Program-made: the position numbers and the translations under genes | Notes under the pieces: model-generated | The model's input: only the letters and a program-made list of their open reading frames with translations | Databases searched by the model: none | What the model was told of the DNA's origin: nothing | Shown here: positions 53,870-64,000 of the stretch, piece by piece | How positions within the stretch are numbered: position 1 is the stretch's first letter | How the letters are laid out: each line of letters opens with the position of its first letter | From: Eledone cirrhosa | Lineage: Eukaryota | Reading direction: 5' to 3' | DNA length: 64,000 nt | Assembly (NCBI GenBank): GCA_964016885.1 | Contig: OZ024740.1 | Span: 442,556,001 to 442,620,000, forward strand

Positions 53870-54509
53870 CTAGACACATTGTATTTGAATAAAAGTTGTT
53901 ATGGTCACGGCTGGAATGTCGTAGAAAACGTTAGTCAATGAAAACAGTAACAGAACTGTTTCTAGATAGGAATAAAACTAAATATTACTTTGGGTTGAGT
54001 ACTCTTTTCCCGTGTGACTTCTAGTTTTACACCAAGTTTAAGAATACACAGCAGTGAAAATATGCCCCTAAAACAACTCAGTATTTTACAATAGTAGCGA
54101 TATTGTTAGCGAGATCCTGGGTTAGACAAGTCTTTTTACTACTGATGGAGTCGGAGGAAGGGCGTCATGTCACATAACATGGGCGGATCTGATTTTTCTC
54201 CAGGTTGGAACAAAACCGAATTTTTCTAGAGGAAGAAAGAACGAAAGAACGAGAGCGAGAGCAGGAGAGGGAGAGAGAGAGAGAATGTGTGTGGGAGAGA
54301 GAGAGAGAATGTGTGTGGGAGAGAGAGAAAGAGAGTGAGACGGGGATAGAGAGAGAAAGAGAGAAAGTGTGTGTGTGTGTGAAAGAGAGGGAGAGAAAGA
54401 GAGAGATATAGAGAGAGGAAGAGAATTATATATATATATATATAGAGAGAGAGTGTGTGAGAGAGAGAGAGGGGTAGAAAGAGAGTGTGTGTGAGAGAGA
54501 GAGGGGGGA

Positions 54510-54650
54510 GTTTATCCCATTACAAGTACTTTACTTACCGTTCGCAGAAGAATGAATAGTAAAGTTGATCTTGTTTGGATTTTAGTTGAGAGTAGAATGA
54601 GCTGGAACAAATATTGAGATATAACTTAACGACTTTGTCAATTCACCGTC
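54510..54650 (-). mobile_element. Old MetaSINE-like fragment
   Basis: GTACTTTACTTACCG...GAATGAATAGTAAAGTTGATCTTG..GGATTT is a diverged reverse complement of the core. Confidence 0.45.
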
Positions 54651-55140
54651 TCGTGTAGGCTGGATTATAGAGAATATATGCTGCATTGCTATCGAATTTC
54701 TTAATATACTACCATCAGTTAGATATTTCAACTGACCTAGGTTAGATAGTAAAGAACAGTGAAGACTTAAGATCAGTTCAAATATATATTATTTATGATA
54801 CCACACAGCCATCAGCTGTTTAAAAATAAGAATTAGTTTCACAATCCTTGCACTCTGACACACTCGAACACCAGTTTGTTGTTGTTGTTGTTGTTTTGGT
54901 CCTCTCATCACATCTATCTCCCGTTTAAGGCCCCACGGCAGCAACCATTTTATCGAATCATCCCCTGCCTTGAACCGATTCCCTAAAGGGTTTCATACAC
55001 GCCTATGTTGCCTCCTGCCTGTGTCGGCTTATAGGTTCCAAACCAAATAAATCACCCCAAGGTTTGAGTAAGGAAAGCAATATAATTTAAGTCGGTATTG
55101 AATGTAAGAAGCACTCAGAATGTTGCGACCATATATTTAC

Positions 55141-55278
55141 AGGACAGATCTGCAATAGTACAGGCACTTGGGAGTAATATAATCAACACAGACATGGTGA
55201 AAATAATGCCAACATCTTGGAGTCTGGCTTTTCTGATACTAATGAATGCTACATCATATATCATTTCAAAAGTTACAC
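55141..55278 (-). CDS. Candidate exon with a signal-peptide-like segment
   Basis: GTCCTTCTAG acceptor, T|GTAAAT donor. Reads VTFEMIYDVAFISIRKARLQDVGIIFTMSVLIILLPSACTIADLS; phase-compatible with 53662-53869. Confidence 0.22.
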
Positions 55279-55358
55279 CTAGAAGGACAGACATAACTAA
55301 GGCACTGAGAAATTCGTGTAGTTTCGGGTTCGATCCTACTACATAATTCTTAAGGTGA

Positions 55359-55418
<60 letters not shown>

Positions 55419-55542
55419 ACGTATGTATGTATGTATGTATGTATGTATGTATGTATGTATGTATGTATGTATGTATGTATGAATGCGTGTATGTATGTGT
55501 GTGTATGTATGTGTATATGTATGTATGTGTATATGTATGTGT

Positions 55543-55650
55543 GTTCTTCTGGTTTTATAATTTCAATAATCACAGGTATAAATCTGAAGGTATAATCAGG
55601 GTGGAGTATCTGCAGATTTCTCATCAGTTCTGCATAAATATTCTCTTTTT
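55543..55650 (-). mobile_element. Internally deleted 3' fragment of the R4/Dong-like LINE
   Basis: ENIYAELMRNLQILHPDYTFRFIPVI near-identical to 56565-56645, joined directly to GAAATTATAAAACCAGAAGAAC + (CATA)n. Confidence 0.8.
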
Positions 55651-55744
55651 CGTTATGTATGTGTGTACGTATGTGTATTTGTATGTGTGTATGTATGTAT
55701 GTATGTATGTATGTATGTATGTATGTATGTATGTATGTATGTAT

Positions 55745-56155
55745 GGAGAGATGACCCCTTAGCCTTTGTCAAGGCAGAATTCTAGGAGAAGGAAAACTCT
55801 GATATAACACCTGCAACCCTGATGGTATCCAATGATGTTGACTTGTTCTTCTTTTTGGTAAATATCATCTTGGTTAAGAGAGTGGGACTGGCTTTGTGTA
55901 GTGCCTTTGCTCACTATAAAAGCTTCACGGCACAGGCATTGCTTTATATCTGGAGATCTCTCTGCACTTGTCGTCACATGGTACCATTGGCCCAGCACTA
56001 TGTGTCAATAATTGTCACAAGTGTGGTGTTTGTACCAGAGTTTTTATGTCGCAGGCTGGACTAAAAAGTCACACTCGTTCAGCGCATCGGTAGGGGTTCT
56101 CCTACATGGATATAAAGTAGTGGCCGTACTCGAAAACGAGTTGGCAGCCACCATG
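55745..56155 (+). mobile_element. RTE-derived non-autonomous retroposon ending in (TATG)n
   Basis: CTAGGAGAAGGAAAACTCTGA (RTE 5'UTR-like). Homologous to 57300-57592: AGAGTGGGA.TGGCT, CTTCACG.CACAGGCATTG, TACTCGA.AACGAG. Confidence 0.6.
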
Positions 56156-56409
56156 TATGTATGTATGTTCTTCTGGTTTTATAATTTCACAAATTTTTCC
56201 CAATAGAGAGAGAGAGTCGGTTTCTAACATAGATACACGACTCTCTCATTGGAATTTACACAACATCAACTAGGTAGATATGTATGCATGTCTGCATGCA
56301 TGTGTATGCAGGTATGGATGTTATCGTATGTGCGGATGTGTATGTTTTGAGTTGTATGTGTGCATGTGTATATGCTTTGCATCTGTACATGTGTATATGC
56401 AGTTATTAG

Positions 56410-56972
56410 ATGCAGAATTTTTGGAATGTTTTACATATTTTTACTGTTCCATTAATGGATTGTACTTGTAATTTCCTAACTAGTTGTGTTCTTTCTGTTC
56501 CTGTGAAGCCTAGCTTCTCAAGATTTGTATTGAGGCAGTTATTAACATACCCCAGTGCCCCAGTAATCACAGGCATAAATCTGAAGGTGTAATCAGGGTG
56601 GAGTATCTGCAGATTTCTCATCAGTTCTGCATAAATATTCTCCTTTTCACTAATCTTTGATATTATATTGGCATCTGCTGGGCAGCTAATATCCACTACT
56701 GTCCATGCTTTCTTTTCCATGTCCCATATCATAATATCTGGTCTGTTATGTTTGCATTTTATTGGGATTTTGACTGCAATATTCCACCAGTACTCTTTCA
56801 TATTATGTATATGTATGTCTTCCACATTGCTGTAGCTTTTAATGTGTTTATTATCGGGGCTATCTTTTTTACGGATTGCATTGTACAGTGTTTTGGCCAC
56901 TATATCATGCCTCATTAGTACCGCGATGACTTCTTTGGGCAGCTGCTTATGACATGGGTGACATCTTCGATG
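56410..56972 (-). mobile_element. R4/Dong-like non-LTR retrotransposon 3' fragment (CCHC remnant + restriction-like endonuclease)
   Basis: EDVTHVISSCP, RHD, WWN, HNRPDIMIWD, VDISCP, K..KEN.Y, PVITGALG: typical RLE motifs. One frameshift; embedded in (CATA)n-like DNA. Confidence 0.9.
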
Positions 56973-57084
56973 TATGTATATATGTATGTATGCGTGTATG
57001 TATATGTGTATGTATGTACGTACGTACATACATACATACATAGATACATACATATATACACGTGTACATACATATTTACACATT

Positions 57085-57592
57085 TTTGGTTGGCCATTGA
57101 CTCTTATGAGTTCTTCCGCCCTTTGTCAGGTTTCGTTTTTTGTCCTGCAGGGGGTCCCTAATCCTCCTCCTCACCAAGTAAACCAGGTGGGGCTGCCGGT
57201 TTAGTCACCGACGTGTATATGCATATGTATGTATATGCGCGGGGACATAGAAATAGACGGGATGCGGGGTACCCGTTCGCGCTGTTAAACCACTGGGAAT
57301 GAAGGACCCCTAACCTTAGTCAGGGCATTTTCCTGGGAGAAGGCAACTCAGAAAACTGGGATAACTCCGACATAAAACCTGCGGCTCAGTAGTTACCGAT
57401 GATGTGGATCTTTTCTTATTTTCAGGTTATAGCTACTGTCGCTCAGAGAGTGGGATTGGCTCAGTGCACAGTCTTTCTTCACTTTAAAAAAAATCTTCAC
57501 GCACAGGCATTGCACGATAGAGTTAAGTAATAATTATTAATAATGGTATATCGTGCAATGACCATACTCGATAACGAGGGTCAACTATCATG
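57085..57592 (+). mobile_element. RTE-derived non-autonomous retroposon (longer copy)
   Basis: CCTGGGAGAAGGCAACTCAG...AAAACCTGCG; homologous to 55745-56155; ends in a TATG-rich tail. Confidence 0.6.
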
Positions 57593-58056
57593 TATATATA
57601 TGTGTATGTATGTACATATATATGAATGTATGTATATGTGTGTGTGTGCATGCGCTTCAATAACACTAGACTGCCACGTCAACACCTCTACAGCGAACTC
57701 AGCACAAGAGATCACGCGGACAGCTCACGTGACACTAAAAAGACCAATTGAAAGAGAGGACGAAGAGCACTAACATCGACTCTAATTCCTGGGAACAACT
57801 AACAAGATTGGTGCAGATTGTTTTGAAGAAAATTGTCAAAGAACTGAAGAGAATATAAAACAGTAATGAAAGATTCACCAACTCCAGTTACGGCCTTCCT
57901 TCACCAGCAGATATGGACAAGTTTTTCATACCGAGATCGCCCTAACTAGCGACAGGAGAAAACCTTATAAATATGGAATTGTGAGAAAAAAAAAACAAAA
58001 ACAGAAAAATATACTCTGAAACAAGAAAGAGCCGCCACCAACGACGACGATAGCGA

Positions 58057-58560
58057 CATGTGGATGTGTGTGTGCATATGTGTATGTGTATGTGTATGTA
58101 GGTGTGTGTGCTTGTGTGTATACCTGTATGTGTGTGTGTGCTTGTGTGTATATGTGTATGTGCATCTATGTGCATATGTGTACGTGTGTGTGTATGTGCA
58201 TGTGTGTATATGTGTGTGCGTGTGTATATGTGCATGTGTGTGTATGTGTGCGTGCGTGTGTATGTGTGTGTGTGTATGTATGTACATGAGTGCGTATGTG
58301 TGTGTGCGTGGGTGTGTATGTGCTTGTGTTTGTATGTGTGTGTGCATGTGTGTGTATGTGCACGTGTGTGCATGTGTGCCTACTTGTGTGTATATATCTG
58401 TATGTGCATGTATGTGCGTGTGTGTGCGTGTGTTTGTATGTGCATGTGTGTGTGTATGTGTGTGCGTGTGTGTTTGTGTGTGTACGTGTGTGTGCATGTA
58501 CATGTGTATCTATGTGTATGTGCATGTGCATGTGTGTATGTGTGTGTACTTGTGTGGGTA
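58057..58560 (+). repeat. Degenerate (TG)n/(TATG)n microsatellite
   Basis: Direct reading. Confidence 0.95.
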
Positions 58561-58754
58561 TGTCGGTTTCAATGTTTATGTTTACCACTGTAAAGCAGTG
58601 TAGTTCCTTTATTTCAAAAGACAATGACTTTGCTTTTCGATGAACAGAGATCGACAAAGTAACAGACTGTTATGTCGACATGACCAACTAAAACTACATC
58701 AAAGTTGTGCACCAAACAGTTATGAAGGATGCACGATTTCATAACTCTCTTGTA

Positions 58755-59195
58755 GGACCCCTTTACTCACAAATGACCATGGTGTTACACCTAGAAGGTT
58801 CCTCTCTGAAGCACTAATCTGAGCAAGGTGTGTTTGTGGAAGACCAGCAGTCAACTGTACATACCAGCCTCCCCTCTCATCACCAGTGATGTTATCCAAA
58901 GGAGAGGTAATGGCTGCTACAGCTTGGCACCAGTGATGCCACAACATATACATACATTGTATATACACTATATATACACTATATATGATGTTATCCAAGA
59001 GAAAGGCAATGGCTGATACAGCTTGGCACCAGTGACGTCGCAACTCATTTCTACAGCCGAGTAAACAGGAGCAACGTGAAATAAAGTGTCTTGTTCAGAG
59101 ACATAACGCACCATCCAGTCCAGGATTCGAACTCACAACCTTACGATTGTGAGCTCAACGCTATAACGACTAACCACTAAGCCATTCGCCTGCAC
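58755..59195 (-). mobile_element. tRNA-derived SINE with CORE/V-like central domain and an internal duplication
   Basis: Minus strand TGGCTTAGTGG (A box), GAGTTCGAATCC (B box), TGTCTCTGAACAAGACACTT. A ~55-bp segment is duplicated at ~58887 and ~58986. Confidence 0.82.
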
Positions 59196-60195
59196 ATACT
59201 ATATGTATGTACAAAATAACTTATATATTAAAAACAGAGACTTTAAGCCTCAGCAACGGATTTAAAATAGTTTTATAGAATGGAAACCAGAAGTAAACCA
59301 ACACATTCCTCTGTGGACGTCGCCAGCTCATCAAATGTAAAAATCTCATTAAAAATCAACAATAGTTATAAGAATGATATATTCATATTTATGAGAAGAA
59401 TTATGGAAATTTGCTTCGAGACTTACAACTACTGTATTTTTTTTTTATCACAGTTTCTAATTTGAACCTCGAATTATTTTCATTCTAGGTTATGGAAAAT
59501 ATTGTAAAGTTTTTCAGGCAATCAGTATTGCATATTTTAATGTCCCGAAAACATTGAATATATATCTGTCTATAGTTTAGTGTGTGGCTTTACGAAATTG
59601 TTACTCCTTTGAATCTAATGGTGGATATTTGTTCTTTAGATAGACAATATTTACTTCTCCATAGAATTAAGGCAAATACTGAAAAAAATGGCCGCATATG
59701 AAGTCCTCAAATGCTGTTCGACACATTGTTTTTTTGTTTACATAGATTCAATTCATCAATCTTATATTCCAATAATTTAAACTCCACAACAATGGACACC
59801 CAGATTCAAGGCCAGACATCTGGAGTGGAAGGAATCTATGACTAAATAATGTTTATACCATTCCTTCCCAAAACATTTCCATTCTATCAAAATAACGATT
59901 ATAAGCATCGATTTGAATGAGAAAGAGCATCGGGTACATGTGTATCTAAGAGACAGAAATAACAACTACAGTGGGTGTATGAGACAGAAAGGAGTAGTAG
60001 ACACCAGTGGGTCTATGTGACAAGGAGAATCAACCAACCCCTGTGAATTTGTTCAGATTAGGGATTATAATGTCTAACATGAATTTACGTTGAAAATCAA
60101 GGCAGTTAATTCATTTATAATTTGATAGAAAGAGTTATTTCTCATCTCAAACAGAAGCATGACCAGACACTTTGTTGATCTAACACACACACATG

Positions 60196-60231
<36 letters not shown>

Positions 60232-60669
60232 AGTGAGTGAGTGTGTGTGTGATACATATATGAAGTGTAACCTGTCCTGTTAACGCTAAGTTGCTGACCA
60301 TTTATCTTGTGGAGATAAAATGGCGCAATTAAAAATATTCTAGCAATATTTCAAGTGAAATGGGTACAGGAATGGAAACACTTATCATAGAATCTCTTTT
60401 CCCCGGAGCTAATCTCTACGGCGGCGGCGGCGACACTCGCCACAAAGGTTTATGCATATTTTCATTTAGCTGTTATTTATTTTTTTTAAAAGACAACAAA
60501 AACAAACAGAAAAAAAAATCAATGATGAATTTAAATGGAGGGCAATAAGCGATTTGGACTGATGACGTAAGAAGTGGTGGCTGCATATCTTAGCAGCTAT
60601 TGACTAAATGATAGTTTACTAGTGAAGGTTACCAGAGGGAGAGAGGGAAGGAATGGTAGAGGGGAAGGC

Positions 60670-60685
60670 CGAGACAGACAGACAG

Positions 60686-60757
<72 letters not shown>

Positions 60758-60970
60758 TGTGTGTGAAAGAAAGAAATGGAGAGAAAAGGATAGAGAATGA
60801 TAGATGGATAGAAAGAGAAAGACAGAGCCAGAGAGAGAGAGAGACATTGAAAGAGTGAAATAGAGAGAGGATAGATAAAGAGAGAGAGGGAGAGAAAGAG
60901 AGAGAGAAGGAGTGACAGAATGAAAGAGAGAGAGAGAGAGAAGGATATAGAATGATAGATGGATAGAGAC
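60670..60970 (+). repeat. (GATA)n/(GA)n-rich tract
   Basis: Direct reading. Confidence 0.9.
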
Positions 60971-61408
60971 AAATGTTATGGTATAAAAATGAGAGAGAGG
61001 AGAGGTAATTTTCTGTGGATGTTCTCCTGTCAGAACAATATCATCATGGAATCCCCAACAGAATGACACATCTTCATCTGTTCGTTACAACATTGTTTTT
61101 ATTGTTTAGATTTTTTAAGCTTTCTTTCTTTTTTTTTTTCATATATACTATTTTGTTTTTGGCGAAATTCCCACCCACCCCCTGCTCCCTGCCTCCTCCC
61201 TTCCACGTCCAAATAATTATATGTATAAAACAAACAAACACTATGAATATTTTGGTTACTTGTCGCTTTGGCATCATCCCTGGAGGTTTCTCTAACATTT
61301 CTATGTGTGAGCTAATGGAGGCTAAACCTTTGGTGTATGGAACCAAAGCTATGTGTATACAACAAATCTTCAGTGTATGCAACTTGGAGTATTTGATTTA
61401 AGCCATAG

Positions 61409-61910
61409 TCATCAGCATCATCGTCATCGCCATCGTCATCATTATTATTATCATCGTCACCATCATCATCTTCATTATCATCATGATTATCATCATCATT
61501 ATCATCAACATCATCACCATCATTATCTTTATTTTTTCCTGTTTTTGCTGCGGCAGTATTTATTGTTGTTACTTGTGGTTGTTGTAATGGTGGTTGTGGG
61601 GGTTATGGAGGTGATGGTGGAGGGTTGTTGTGATAGGGGAGGTGATGGCGGGGGGGGGGATTGTAATGGGGGTTGTTGTGAAGGTGGAGAGTTGTTGTGA
61701 CGGGGGGTGGGTGATGGTGGAGGGTGGTTGTGATTGGGGGGGGGGTGATGGTGGAGAGTTGTTGTGATGTGGGTAGTGGTTCTAGTGATGTGGGTGGTGG
61801 TGATGGTGGTTGCAGGGGTTATGGAGGTTGAGTGTGTTGTTGTTGGAGGTGGTGATGCTGGTGGTTGTGTGTGTCGTGGAGGTGGTGGTGGTGGGGTTGT
61901 TGTTGGTTGC
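61409..61910 (+). repeat. (CAT)n followed by a degenerate (GGT/GTT)n low-complexity tract
   Basis: Direct reading. Confidence 0.88.
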
Positions 61911-62437
61911 ATTGCGTTTATTTCATAATTTTCTGCTGATATGCATAAATATTTTAGTGTTTTTTTTATTTGGCTTTTGTTTTTGTCTATGGTTTTTATA
62001 TATGTTTATTTTATTTTTTTCCTGTTTCTATATAATGATATTACTTGATATAAAAATACAAAGTAATTATATATTGTTTTAAAACTATATCCGCACGGAT
62101 AATCATTAAATGCAGCTCTGTATATGGCGATGTCTACTGCAAAACTGTGTAGAAGTATAGAGATATGTCAATTGACGTTGTATTGTTAAATTGAATAAAA
62201 ACTAATTTTTAAGATATTATACAGATAAATTCTGCTGCGGAATTGATGCGAAAAAGTGGAATAAAGGAAAGGGAGGGAAATGTGTTTTGTTGGAAATCTT
62301 CATCAAGAACGATTGGTCTTCTCATAACTAATTTACTTTTTCACAAAGGGTTTTGCTATCATAGTCGGTGGGTTCATATTACTAAGTTTTTTGTTTTCAA
62401 AAAACAGCTAACAAAATACAAACTAACATCTAATATG

Positions 62438-64000
<1,563 letters not shown>

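Noticed and set aside
60555-60580. CTGATGA on the + strand as an HHR core
   Set aside because: No hairpin-GAAA-stem III arrangement.
61015-61912. ORFs including His-rich and Pro/Thr-rich peptides
   Set aside because: Mostly trinucleotide low-complexity sequence; the unique part (61255-61400) could not be assigned to a strand or family.

Overview
Eukaryotic, AT-rich, repeat-saturated animal DNA. The MetaSINE-type SINEs and very long (TA)n/(CT)n tracts suggest a mollusc, probably an octopod cephalopod (inference). Bases 1-25380 are a 23-bp satellite with multi-kb higher-order duplications. The rest is a mosaic of minisatellites (32, 27 and 54/57 bp), microsatellites, SINEs, MITEs and LINE fragments (R4/Dong-like, RTE), plus one degenerate Penelope-like element (PLE; RT + C-terminal GIY-YIG). 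Almost all long ORFs in the track are repeat artefacts. The most striking hidden signal is a dense set of type I hammerhead ribozyme (HHR) motifs, read by eye: 6 complete and several partial, all in short elements sitting in or next to (TA)n. They include a ~529-bp circularly permuted, retrozyme-like unit and several palindromes whose inversion point lies in HHR stem II. A few weak minus-strand exon candidates resemble an ANF-receptor-type extracellular domain. No searches or folding programs were run.
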